Origin: Gammaproteobacteria bacterium
Lineage (GTDB): Bacteria > Pseudomonadota > Gammaproteobacteria > CAKMZV01
Direction of reading: 5' to 3'
Assembly (NCBI GenBank): GCA_965219665.1
Contig: CBDCOD010000017.1
Coordinates: forward strand, 6,069 to 70,068
DNA length: 64,000 nucleotides
The notes below the pieces were generated by a model that was not told where the DNA came from, ran no database searches, and saw only the letters and a list, made by a program, of their open reading frames with translations. Below, in pieces: positions 7,634 to 17,105 of the stretch. The translations under genes were made by a program, and so were the position numbers. Within the stretch, counting starts at the first letter, position 1. The number at the start of each line of letters is the position of its first letter.

Positions 7634-8770
7634 CTACTCAAAGAAAGCCTTCCAGTCCTCTGCTCTCAACACACCATCTTGGAACAACAGAGTCTGATCT
7701 AAAATATCATCCTCTATATCCACCTGTACTGTATTATTCTCGACTGATAATAGCTCCACAAAATGCACCATATTTTTAGCCAATAATTCGCTGGCAGTCT
7801 GCGCCACCATTGATGCCACATTGGAATAACCCAAAATATGCACACCCTCTTTACAAACAACTTTGCCATACTGACTCATACTGCAATTGCCACCAGCTGA
7901 CACTGCCAAATCAACAATGACTGACCCTTTTTTCATGCTTTTCACCATCGCATCATCTATGAGCACAGGGGCTTTTCTATTAGGAACCAACGCAGCACAA
8001 ATCACAATATCCTGCTCGGTAATCACTTGCCGAACCAAAGCATTTTGCTTCTGCATATAAGCCTCAGACATCGCCTTAGCATAGCCAGTAGAACTTTGAG
8101 CATCCTTAAACTCCTCATCCTCAACAGCGACAAACTTAGCACCCAAAGATTCCACCTGCTCTTTTGTACTGGGTCGCACATCTGTAGCACTCACTATTGC
8201 ACCTAAGCGTTTTGCTGTCGCAATGGCTTGCAACCCCGCAACCCCCACGCCCATCACCATTATCTTGGCTGCCTTAATCGTTCCTGCAGCGGTCATCATC
8301 ATTGGTACCGCTCGCGGCAAAAATTCAATAGCATCTAACACCGACTTATACCCGACCAGGTTGGCCTGTGAACTCAGCACATCCATAGACTGTGCTCGCG
8401 AGGTACGCGGAATACGCTCCAATGCAAACACATTAACCTTCTTCGCCAATAGTTTCTTGAGCACTTCAGCATTATGCATTGGCTGAGCAATACACACCAA
8501 ATACTTACCCGCCTCCAACAAATCGGTCTCTTTAAGTGTTGGAGGAGCCACCTTAAGTACCACATGGGCATCCTTCAGGGCTTCCACTGCATTTGCAACA
8601 ATTTTTGCACCAACAGCGATAAACTGCTCATCGCTAATGTGCGCCAAATTACCTGCACCACGCTCAACAACCACCTCAAAGCCTTTCTTTAAATACATTT
8701 GAACAGCAGCAGGACTTAATGCCACACGCCTCTCATGGGGTGCACTCTCTTTTAGAACAGCAATTTGCAT
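7634..8770 (-). CDS. pntAA: NAD(P) transhydrogenase subunit alpha part 1 (dI, NAD(H)-binding)
   Basis: 378 aa, alanine-dehydrogenase-like fold. MQIAVLKES..ERRVALSP and the Rossmann motif VMGVGVAGLQAIATAKRLGA. Confidence 0.95.
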   Translation of the reverse strand: MQIAVLKESAPHERRVALSPAAVQMYLKKGFEVVVERGAGNLAHISDEQFIAVGAKIVANAVEALKDAHVVLKVAPPTLKETDLLEAGKYLVCIAQPMHNAEVLKKLLAKKVNVFALERIPRTSRAQSMDVLSSQANLVGYKSVLDAIEFLPRAVPMMMTAAGTIKAAKIMVMGVGVAGLQAIATAKRLGAIVSATDVRPSTKEQVESLGAKFVAVEDEEFKDAQSSTGYAKAMSEAYMQKQNALVRQVITEQDIVICAALVPNRKAPVLIDDAMVKSMKKGSVIVDLAVSAGGNCSMSQYGKVVCKEGVHILGYSNVASMVAQTASELLAKNMVHFVELLSVENNTVQVDIEDDILDQTLLFQDGVLRAEDWKAFFE

Positions 8771-8914
8771 ACCTTAATAACCTTTGACTATGAAACCGCT
8801 TTCATTATCCTCTAAAACCACTTAAACATAACCAATTTATTTACCCAATATACCGAAAAAAACACACATTTTCCTACTCGGCATGCGCCATTACAAAACA
8901 AACAATACCAAATT

Positions 8915-9790
8915 TTAGCTCCGCACGAATGAGCTCATAAACACACCACCAAACACCAGCGCAGCCCCAACAATATGATAGTAAGCCAGCTGCTCATCTA
9001 ACAATCCAACACTTGCTACGGTTGTAAACACCGGCATTAAATGTATGCTCTGGCTCGCAGCAGCTGCACCTATTCTACGCACACAATACGCATACGTAAT
9101 AAAAGCAACAATTGAGGCAAACACCCCTATATACAGATAACTAACTATATTTAGCGCACCAGTCGGTATAGGCTCTGCTCCACTCAGCCCCCAAATAGCT
9201 GACAGCACCAACCAGCCCATCAGCATCGTAATCGCAAAAAACTCCAAAGAACTTAACTCCTCTGGTCTATAGCGCAATAAATTAGAATACAACGCCCAAA
9301 CAACCGCCGCAGCCACAATCACAAAATCGCCTGTAAAACCACCCCACTGATAACTGCTCTCCAAGCGGGTAGTAATAGCCACCACGCCCAACAGCGAGCA
9401 CACAACGCCTAATAACTGCATCCAATGCAACGTCTGCTTCCAAAACAGCAAGGCCAGAATAAGCGTAAACACAGGGATACTACTATTAAGAATGCTCGCG
9501 TTAGCCGCTTGTGTATGATGCAGCCCAGCATACACCATAGCGTTATACAGAGTAATACCACAAACTGCCGTTACAAATAACACACCAAAATGCGCTTTAA
9601 TAACTGCACGCTTCTTCCATAATTGAGGCAAAAACCATGGGATAAACAAAAGACTGGCAACGCTCCATCGAGCCATACTCAACGCCACTGGATCAATAGC
9701 CGTTTCTTCTGACAAAAAGCGGCCTATAATAAAATTACTGCTCCAGCACAGTGGAGCAACTGGAAACACTAACCAGACCCACTTACTCAC
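8915..9790 (-). CDS. EamA/DMT family transporter
   Basis: 291 aa, about 10 hydrophobic helices in two similar halves; typical DMT pattern. Confidence 0.8.
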   Translation of the reverse strand: MSKWVWLVFPVAPLCWSSNFIIGRFLSEETAIDPVALSMARWSVASLLFIPWFLPQLWKKRAVIKAHFGVLFVTAVCGITLYNAMVYAGLHHTQAANASILNSSIPVFTLILALLFWKQTLHWMQLLGVVCSLLGVVAITTRLESSYQWGGFTGDFVIVAAAVVWALYSNLLRYRPEELSSLEFFAITMLMGWLVLSAIWGLSGAEPIPTGALNIVSYLYIGVFASIVAFITYAYCVRRIGAAAASQSIHLMPVFTTVASVGLLDEQLAYYHIVGAALVFGGVFMSSFVRS

Positions 9791-9803
9791 CGTCTAGCCA
9801 CAC

Positions 9804-10430
9804 TCACTTAAAGCGAAATTTAGGCAATCCGACATTAGTACGAATCGCCCACAGCCTAAGCACAAAAATGAGCAAGCCCACAATTACCGACGCTAATACT
9901 GTACTCATACCAAAATGCAGCAACGCAATAAAGCCCAATGCACCACCCCACGACAGCGTTGCATACAATGCACTCGTAAAAACAATCGGATGCTCATTGC
10001 ATAGCACATCGCGCATAATACCGCCCATCACGCCTGTCAACATACCCATAAAACTGGCAGCAATAATAGAAATATCCATTGACAGCGCAACAATGGTTCC
10101 TGCAATAGAAAACGTAGCAAGTCCTGCTGCATCGGTGATAAGAAAATGCTGTGGACGGACACGCACCACACGAGCCACCATAAAGGTAATGATAGCACTC
10201 ACAACAGAAGCGACAAAAAATACTTGATCATACACCCAAAACACATCCCTATCCAACAACATATCTCGTAGCGAACCACCTCCCAATGCTGTTGTAATAG
10301 CAATAATAACCACTCCAAACAAATCAAACTGCTTATCACCTGCTTTAAGCACGCCAGATGCCGCAGACCCCACCACCGCAATCAACGTCAACCAATATAA
10401 AACCGTTATAAAATCAGAAACCAATACCAT
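9804..10430 (-). CDS. Trimeric intracellular cation channel (TRIC/UPF0126, YadS-like) family membrane protein
   Basis: 208 aa. Duplicated glycine motifs: ALGGGSLRDMLL and GVMGGIMRDVL. Confidence 0.8.
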   Translation of the reverse strand: MVLVSDFITVLYWLTLIAVVGSAASGVLKAGDKQFDLFGVVIIAITTALGGGSLRDMLLDRDVFWVYDQVFFVASVVSAIITFMVARVVRVRPQHFLITDAAGLATFSIAGTIVALSMDISIIAASFMGMLTGVMGGIMRDVLCNEHPIVFTSALYATLSWGGALGFIALLHFGMSTVLASVIVGLLIFVLRLWAIRTNVGLPKFRFK

Positions 10431-10529
10431 TGCTATTTTCTATGCAACCATGACTCCAAAAATAACGTACGGTAGTACAACGCCCGCAATATAGCACAGC
10501 CTATGTAAGCGCCTCACATCATGATAAAA

Positions 10530-11318
10530 CTATTTTTTAGGAACGGCAACCACCCTAAACCCATCTACACTAAATCCGCGATTGGGAAGGTTTGCCGCAC
10601 GATGCGCAAACCGCATGAAATGCTCAGGACAATGATGCGACCCACCTCGGCGCACTCGGGTTGTGCCATCCGCAGGTCCTTGGGGATTATGTGTTGTAAA
10701 ACGATCTGCATACGTATTACCGCTATACCAATCATCGACCCACTCCCACACGTTGCCCATCATATCGTACAACCCAAAAGCATTAGGTTTACGTGTTCCT
10801 ACTGGATGCGTGATATCGTCGGAATTGATAATAAACCACGCATAATCCTCTACCTCATCAGGGCGCATCCCCTGATCCCCTGCACGGGCTGCATACTCCC
10901 ACTCTGCTTCAGTAGGTAAGCGATAATCATACTGCTTATCTAACGCACTCAATTCCTGAGTGAAACGCTGTGCCATAAACCAGTTAATACCATTTACTGG
11001 CAAATTCTCCCAGTTATCGCGCTGCCAAGTATTACCGGGACGATTCTCCATCACCTCAAGCCACTGCTTCTGAGTAACCTCAGTTTGACCCATTAAAAAA
11101 GCATCAATACGCACCTTATGATACGGTGTCTCATCTACCACATCCGTCTCCTTAGGACTAGGAAACTCAGATAAGGCATCCTCCACATCCTCCGTACCCA
11201 TAAAAAAAGAACCACTCGGCACTTCAACAAAACGCATACCCAAAACATTAGTCACTTCCGCACGAACAGTACACACCAAAAGCACAGCAAATAGCGTTCC
11301 ACATAATAATTTATACAT
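10530..11318 (-). CDS. Secreted formylglycine-generating enzyme (FGE/SUMF1) family protein
   Basis: Signal peptide MYKLLCGTLFAVLLVCTVRA from the ATG at 11318 (the track start at 11372 is an extension). Motifs LPTEAEWEYAARAG, NAFGLYDMMGNVWEWVDDWY and RVRRGGS. Confidence 0.8.
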   Translation of the reverse strand: MYKLLCGTLFAVLLVCTVRAEVTNVLGMRFVEVPSGSFFMGTEDVEDALSEFPSPKETDVVDETPYHKVRIDAFLMGQTEVTQKQWLEVMENRPGNTWQRDNWENLPVNGINWFMAQRFTQELSALDKQYDYRLPTEAEWEYAARAGDQGMRPDEVEDYAWFIINSDDITHPVGTRKPNAFGLYDMMGNVWEWVDDWYSGNTYADRFTTHNPQGPADGTTRVRRGGSHHCPEHFMRFAHRAANLPNRGFSVDGFRVVAVPKK

Positions 11319-11580
11319 CCTTTCTACACCTCTTAAAAAACAAACTAACAGCCGCCTAATACATAGCGGCACACAAACGACTAATCAGTATACTGCATAC
11401 GCACTGTCCATCATCAGCCTTTTCTTCCAAATGTCAGCAAAACAACTGTAATAGGCATCGTTTATCCTATTACTCTGCGCAAAGCGCGGTCGCAGAACGA
11501 CATGCCACGACTACGCGCAACACGACAAACCACCCTTTGAAGCAGTACGACTGCTACGACAAGGCGCTCAAAAAAGAAAA

Positions 11581-12423
11581 TTATTTGCTTGCTGTGGTAT
11601 TTTGAACAAATTTGGCAACATGTTCATTAGCTGGATTCGCCAATATTTCATCGGGCGTGCCAATCTGACTAATCCCCCCCTCTTCAATAATGGCAATCCG
11701 TGAACCTATATGAATAGCCTCATTCAAATCATGTGTTATAAATATGATGGTTTTTTGCACCTTTTGTTGCAACTCTAGCAGTTGATCTTGTAACTCACAG
11801 CGAATAAGCGGATCTAACGCGCTAAAAGCCTCATCCATAAGCAAAATATCTGTATCGGCACTCAAAGCACGCGCTAAGCCAACACGCTGCTGCATGCCAC
11901 CGGAAAGTTGCGAAGGGTACAGAGCCTCATTACCCTCTAAACCCACTAAAACAAGCGTTTCAGCCGCGTGCTCTAACGCCTTCTTCTTGGGCACACCAGC
12001 AACCAACAGTCCATAAGCCGCATTCTCTAATACCGTTTTATGTGGCAACAGCCCAAAATGCTGAAAAACCATGCTCATTCTGGTACGCCTTAACTCAATG
12101 AGCGCCTTCGTATTCAAAGAGCATACATCTATATCCTCTAAAAAAATAGCGCCTTCCGTTGGCTCAATCAAACGATTGAAGAGCCGAATAAGTGTTGACT
12201 TGCCCGACCCTGACAAGCCCATCAACACGAATATTTCTCCACTACGCACATCCAAAGACACATCGTGCAAACCCACCGTACACTCTGTTTGGCTATATAT
12301 GCTTGCCTTATCCTCGCCCTGCTTAACTAAATCTAATGCAACAGGAATTTGCGCATCACTACCATAGATTTTATAGATATGCTCAAGGCGAATTTTGATA
12401 TCCCGACTCAAAACCAACCTCAA
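11581..12423 (-). CDS. ABC transporter ATP-binding protein (ProV/OpuAA-like, no CBS tail)
   Basis: Walker A GLSGSGKST, signature LSGGMQQRVGLARAL, Walker B ILLMDEAFSALD. TTG start overlapping the permease stop (TTGA). Confidence 0.9.
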   Translation of the reverse strand: MRLVLSRDIKIRLEHIYKIYGSDAQIPVALDLVKQGEDKASIYSQTECTVGLHDVSLDVRSGEIFVLMGLSGSGKSTLIRLFNRLIEPTEGAIFLEDIDVCSLNTKALIELRRTRMSMVFQHFGLLPHKTVLENAAYGLLVAGVPKKKALEHAAETLVLVGLEGNEALYPSQLSGGMQQRVGLARALSADTDILLMDEAFSALDPLIRCELQDQLLELQQKVQKTIIFITHDLNEAIHIGSRIAIIEEGGISQIGTPDEILANPANEHVAKFVQNTTASK

Positions 12424-13298
12424 TTAGAAGTATTCTGGCTACGCATAGCAGCGGTTCGCTTACCATACGCCTGTGCGATACGATCAAAAATAATAGCCAA
12501 AAATACAATCGCCAAACCTGCCAACAAACCTTTTGACACCTCAAGCCGCTGAATGCCCTGAAGCACCTGATAGCCCAAACCACCTGCACCAATCATAGAC
12601 GCTATCACCACCATAGAAAGAGCCAGCATCGTTGTCTGATTAATACCTGTCATAATCGTTGGTAAGGCCAGAGGGAACTCTACAGTAAACAGTTTTTGCC
12701 GTGCAGTCGTACCAAAAGCATCTGCCGCCTCCACTACTGCTGGATCAACTTGGCGAATACCCAAATTCGTCAAACGCACAATCGGTGGCAAAGCAAAAAC
12801 CAACGTTGCCAACACCGCAGGCACTTTTCCTGGACCCAGCAACATCACAAAAGGGATAAGATAAACAAACGTAGGCAACGTCTGCATAATATCCAACACT
12901 GGCAAAAACACCCTCTCAACACGATCAGAACGTGCCATAAAAATGCCCATGGGCAAGCCAATAAAAACAGCCATTAAGGTAGAAACCAGCATCAACACTA
13001 TAGTCTGCATAGTCTCTTCCCAATAGCCAATCGCACCACACAAAAATAGCAGCAGCATAATTAACAAACTACGCTTCCAGCACCGCGAGGCATGATAGGC
13101 AATCGCGCCAATAGCAATCAAAATAATATACCAAGGCACAGCAGTGAGCAAATCTTCCAAGCCAATCACAAGCTTAAGCAACGGCAGGAAAAAATCCTCT
13201 ATGCTCTCGCCAAAGTTAATTACCAAATCTTCAAAACGCTGATCTACTACATTACGCAGTGACCTGGTATCAAAAATGGAAGGAAAATTAGAAGCCAT
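12420..13298 (-). CDS. ABC transporter permease (ProW/OpuAB-like)
   Basis: 292 aa polytopic protein with an EAA-type loop region (VDPAVVEAADAFGTTARQKLFTVEFPLALP). Confidence 0.9.
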   Translation of the reverse strand: MASNFPSIFDTRSLRNVVDQRFEDLVINFGESIEDFFLPLLKLVIGLEDLLTAVPWYIILIAIGAIAYHASRCWKRSLLIMLLLFLCGAIGYWEETMQTIVLMLVSTLMAVFIGLPMGIFMARSDRVERVFLPVLDIMQTLPTFVYLIPFVMLLGPGKVPAVLATLVFALPPIVRLTNLGIRQVDPAVVEAADAFGTTARQKLFTVEFPLALPTIMTGINQTTMLALSMVVIASMIGAGGLGYQVLQGIQRLEVSKGLLAGLAIVFLAIIFDRIAQAYGKRTAAMRSQNTSN

Positions 13299-13350
13299 GT
13301 CAATAGCATACGAACGCTACGCATTCGTATGCCCACACAATACAGAGAAA

Positions 13351-14358
13351 TTAGCGGCTTACTTTGTCCGCAACCTCAGTTGGAACCCACTGTCTCCACT
13401 CATCAAAAGACTTTAAGAAGTGTTCAGCGGCATCTGCGGGAGACGCCTTATTAGCATCTGCCCATGCAAGCACTTGGTTGAGAGAGGCCACTTTATAGGT
13501 TGCCTTAGATAAGAATTTTGCCACATCAGGTGCCTCATCTTTAACCTTATTGGTCATCACTGTCACAACCTTAGCACTCGCAAAATCAGTACGCTGTGGA
13601 TTAGCGCAAGACTTATCCGAAATACAAGAAAACTTGCTCTTATCGAAACGATCCATTTTCAACTTCTTCAAGTTATAGCGACCTAGCACATCTGTTGGCC
13701 CCCAGTAATAAGCCAGAACAGGCTTTTTGCGTGTTACCTGCCGCGCAATGACCGCTTTCAAATTTGCACCCGATCCGGGTGAGAAATACTCAAAATTAGC
13801 CTTCTCCAACGCATACGCTTTGAAGAAATTACGCGTAGTAATCTCACAGCCCCATCCCGGAGGACAGCCATAAAAACGACCTTGCTTGGGATTTTCTTTG
13901 CTTGCAAACAGTTTCCAGTATTTTGCCAAATCATCCACATGACGCAAATCAGGATACTTATTATAAATATAATCTGGAATAAACAGACCTTCTACACCGC
14001 CTCCTTCAAAGGTATCGCCCGCCACAGAGGCATTACCTTTTTTCTGTATTTTTTTCCATGACTCTTCAACCGTACTAATCCACAACTCTGGTACGATATG
14101 TGGCTTAGATTTTGACAGCACACTGGACATAGTAGGCACCGTATCCCCTGGAACCAACTCGGCACTACAGCCATAACCATCACGCAAAATGCGCAATAAC
14201 ACCTCAGCATGAAAAGAGGCTGAAAGCCAAGTCATATTGGCAATACTCAACTTGCCAGCCTTACCACAATTTGGCGCAGCATTAGCTGTTGAAACAATAA
14301 AACATAAAGATAAAAAGAATGAGACGAACATGAATCGTCCACGTGACAAATTTTGCAT
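13351..14358 (-). CDS. Periplasmic substrate-binding protein, ProX/OpuAC family (quaternary amine-type)
   Basis: Signal peptide ending STANA|A, 335 aa, first gene of the three-gene ABC operon. AGGAG SD 5 nt upstream. The substrate cannot be assigned from sequence alone. Confidence 0.8.
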   Translation of the reverse strand: MQNLSRGRFMFVSFFLSLCFIVSTANAAPNCGKAGKLSIANMTWLSASFHAEVLLRILRDGYGCSAELVPGDTVPTMSSVLSKSKPHIVPELWISTVEESWKKIQKKGNASVAGDTFEGGGVEGLFIPDYIYNKYPDLRHVDDLAKYWKLFASKENPKQGRFYGCPPGWGCEITTRNFFKAYALEKANFEYFSPGSGANLKAVIARQVTRKKPVLAYYWGPTDVLGRYNLKKLKMDRFDKSKFSCISDKSCANPQRTDFASAKVVTVMTNKVKDEAPDVAKFLSKATYKVASLNQVLAWADANKASPADAAEHFLKSFDEWRQWVPTEVADKVSR

Positions 14359-14777
14359 AACTTCTCCTTGCCAGTTTGCCGTTTAAAAATTAAATGGTTT
14401 CTGTTGGGGAGAATTACTTCTGGGCTAAATCACAATACGCTACACGCACGAATCAAGCCAAAAAAGGGCAGAAAGCGCAAACAAATTCCCAAATTATTCA
14501 CACTTCATATTGCTGAAAAATCAGCTGCTTACAATGCACCAGCTCTCACTGCTACATACGCTACCTAAACGATCACCTGACGAAAGACCATATGGTTTTC
14601 ACCAAGCAACCTGTGTATTACCGAAGCAATCCTATTTGTACGCATTCTAACCGATAAGCACAAAATCTGCCGAACAATCCAAATCCCCCTCGTAGTAGGA
14701 GATGTCCGATATGCCGTACTCAACCGCCCTCCTTCGGCGGAGAATTTCAGGGTACAGGCTTTGTGAAACAGCTGTGC

Positions 14778-15167
14778 CTACTGCATTGAATGCAAGCCAA
14801 TCGTGTTCCCCTCTGTATCTATAACTATAGCGATAAATCCATGCTCTCCAATCCCCATTTTTGGAACAGCCACTGTACCACCTGCTGCTTCAACTTTAGA
14901 TGCCTCAACCGAGCAGTCTTTACAACTGAAATATACTAACGTACTATTGCCACCAGCCTTTACGCCTTCCATTTTACAAATAGCACCACAGGCGCCGGGC
15001 AGTTCACCCATAGGAAACGCCCACATCTCTGGCTGTGGGAAGGGCTTATCTGTATTCGGCTCATCCACACGAGTCAACGTTTGACCCAAAACAGCCTCAT
15101 AAAAACCCTTAGCTCGTGACATATCATCCACATAAATCTCAAACCAGCACACCGCATTACTTTCCAT
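14778..15167 (-). CDS. VOC (glyoxalase/bleomycin-resistance) family protein
   Basis: About 129 aa. Start moved to ATG 15167, which has GGAGG 8 nt upstream. WFEIYVDDMSRAKGFYEAVLG is a typical VOC N-terminus. Confidence 0.8.
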   Translation of the reverse strand: MESNAVCWFEIYVDDMSRAKGFYEAVLGQTLTRVDEPNTDKPFPQPEMWAFPMGELPGACGAICKMEGVKAGGNSTLVYFSCKDCSVEASKVEAAGGTVAVPKMGIGEHGFIAIVIDTEGNTIGLHSMQ

Positions 15168-15210
15168 AATAAAACCCTCCAAAAGATAATTAAAAAAATA
15201 TAACCTACAT

Positions 15211-16308
15211 CTACATAAACCGCTGCCGCTTTAACAGCACAGGAACATATAAACTGGCAATCAGTATACCCCAAATCAGTAACTGTGACGACACCGGCAA
15301 TTGCTCCAAAATGGGGCGCAACGGTGTAAGCGCATAACAAACAACAATATGATAACTAAACACCAACAAAGCCGACTGACCAATCCGCGTAAAAAAACGC
15401 GCACAAAACCATCTTGGACGAACCTGCACCACCACATAAATCAGATAAGCCAAAAAGAATGTATTAACAACACGCACTGCACCTAAATTACGCGCATCAA
15501 ACCACTCCACATACGGCAACGTATCCTGCAATAGCGCAAACTGATGTCTATATAAAAACAACGGCAAACAAACCACCACTGCCACAACAACATAACGTGT
15601 AGAAATCGGCAACCTAAAAGCAGCATTTTGTGCACACCGATACCCTAACACCATACCAGCCACAAATAACAGCTGCCATGCCAGCAATTCAAACCAGCCC
15701 AAATGGGTATCGGTATAAGTCTCAATCAACAACTGCGGCCGCGCTTGCGCCACAACCCACAGCACAACTGAAACAAGCATCAGCCACTTCCACCGCCCCG
15801 CAGCCAGCAAACGCATAGCAGGAATAGACAGCATAATAAACACACAATACATTGGCAAAATATCTAATAACCCCGTTTGATGTATAAAAAAAGCACCTCG
15901 CAATAACATAGACCATGGATCATTTTTTATCATCTCTTGACTCTCCCAAATTTGGGGCCAAGCCTCGGCAAAATCCGACCAAGAAAACAGCACAACAATC
16001 AGCGCATACGCAGCGATATGATACCTATAAATAACCCCAACACGCCGTATAGCCAGACTATCAAACTGTGCGCTACTCTGGTTATATTTTCGTCCATATA
16101 TCATGCCAAACATAATCCCTGACAACAACACGAACCCTTCAGCAGCAGAAACAAAACCCAACGTCTGGAACGTCCAATCGTAAGTGTACGGTGCAAGCGA
16201 TGGCAGCGGAAAATAAATAAGATGATCTGCCATCATAATCACCAGCATTAAGCCCCGCAAAAAATCCAAGCTCTGAATACGAGAAGGGGGAGCAGTAGTG
16301 TCTGTCAT
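15211..16308 (-). CDS. OpgC-like / acyltransferase-3-like integral membrane protein
   Basis: Polytopic. N-terminal RIQSLDFLRGLMLVIMMADH motif. Start at ATG 16308 (AAGGA SD) rather than 16356. Confidence 0.7.
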   Translation of the reverse strand: MTDTTAPPSRIQSLDFLRGLMLVIMMADHLIYFPLPSLAPYTYDWTFQTLGFVSAAEGFVLLSGIMFGMIYGRKYNQSSAQFDSLAIRRVGVIYRYHIAAYALIVVLFSWSDFAEAWPQIWESQEMIKNDPWSMLLRGAFFIHQTGLLDILPMYCVFIMLSIPAMRLLAAGRWKWLMLVSVVLWVVAQARPQLLIETYTDTHLGWFELLAWQLLFVAGMVLGYRCAQNAAFRLPISTRYVVVAVVVCLPLFLYRHQFALLQDTLPYVEWFDARNLGAVRVVNTFFLAYLIYVVVQVRPRWFCARFFTRIGQSALLVFSYHIVVCYALTPLRPILEQLPVSSQLLIWGILIASLYVPVLLKRQRFM

Positions 16309-16448
16309 ATAATCCTTGAAACGTAGAAAGACCGCCTCATTATATGCACAGGACAAACACTTTGTATCACCTTACAATACACTTTCCACACCACCAGTAG
16401 CAGAGCGACACCCCTAATGATTATAGACCGACTCAACCGCCCAACAAC

Positions 16449-17036
16449 ATGACTGAAAAACTGATTTCTTCTGCCGTATTTTGGTTTTCTTTTGCCTACA
16501 CTATAGGACCATTCTGGCTGGCAGTCATGCGCAGAGCCAGTGAAGGCGAAATCGCCAAATTTTATAAACACTACATCCCCTACCTTCTGTTTAGCTGGCT
16601 CATAGAAATCACCCTGATTGTTTGGACAGTCAACTACTTTGGCGGACTGCACACCACCCTAATCACCGCCATGCACTTTATTGGCGCAGCCCTTATTTTG
16701 CGGATGGCGCTCTCTATCTTCACCAACAAAGGTAATAAAGAAATACGGGTACGCTTTAATTTTTGGGACATGACCTTGCTATCACTCAGCAACCCCAAAA
16801 TATGGTCCAGCGTTCCAGCAGGAGCACTGATAGCAACCTATACCGACTCGCTGCTATTAAACGGTGTTATCTTTTGGGCAATTAGCCTACCGCTTTTTTT
16901 ATCCTCAAGCATCATTTGGGTTGCTTTAGGCAAGCAAGGTGTACGCATCTTAGGCGATAAATTACAAATCATCAACAGCACCCTTATGGCAGGCTTTGCA
17001 CTCTACCTTCTTTATAAAGGCATACTACTGCTCTAA
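16449..17036 (+). CDS. LysE/RhtB-type exporter family protein
   Basis: 195 aa, about 6 helices. IGPFW near the N-terminus and an SNPKIW motif reminiscent of the LysE family. Confidence 0.55.
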   Translation: MTEKLISSAVFWFSFAYTIGPFWLAVMRRASEGEIAKFYKHYIPYLLFSWLIEITLIVWTVNYFGGLHTTLITAMHFIGAALILRMALSIFTNKGNKEIRVRFNFWDMTLLSLSNPKIWSSVPAGALIATYTDSLLLNGVIFWAISLPLFLSSSIIWVALGKQGVRILGDKLQIINSTLMAGFALYLLYKGILLL

Positions 17037-17071
17037 CAACGCACCCTATTATTGCCATACCGCATGCACGC

Positions 17072-17096
17072 TTATATACATAATTTATGTATATAA
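17072..17096. promoter_or_regulatory. AT-rich 12+1+12 inverted repeat just upstream of pyrF
   Basis: TTATATACATAA T TTATGTATATAA, overlapping a TATAAT at 17092-17097. It ends 9 nt before the pyrF ATG. Confidence 0.3.
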
Positions 17097-17105
17097 TAAA
17101 AGGCT

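Noticed and set aside
14724-14742. CTCCGCCGAAGGAGGGCGG (minus sense), reminiscent of the ACCGAAGGAG core of glycine riboswitches, upstream of a betaine-type transporter.
   Set aside because: Only this short segment resembles the motif. The other conserved aptamer elements are not visible, and it sits about 370 nt from the transporter start, right behind the VOC gene. It is most simply a GC hairpin.
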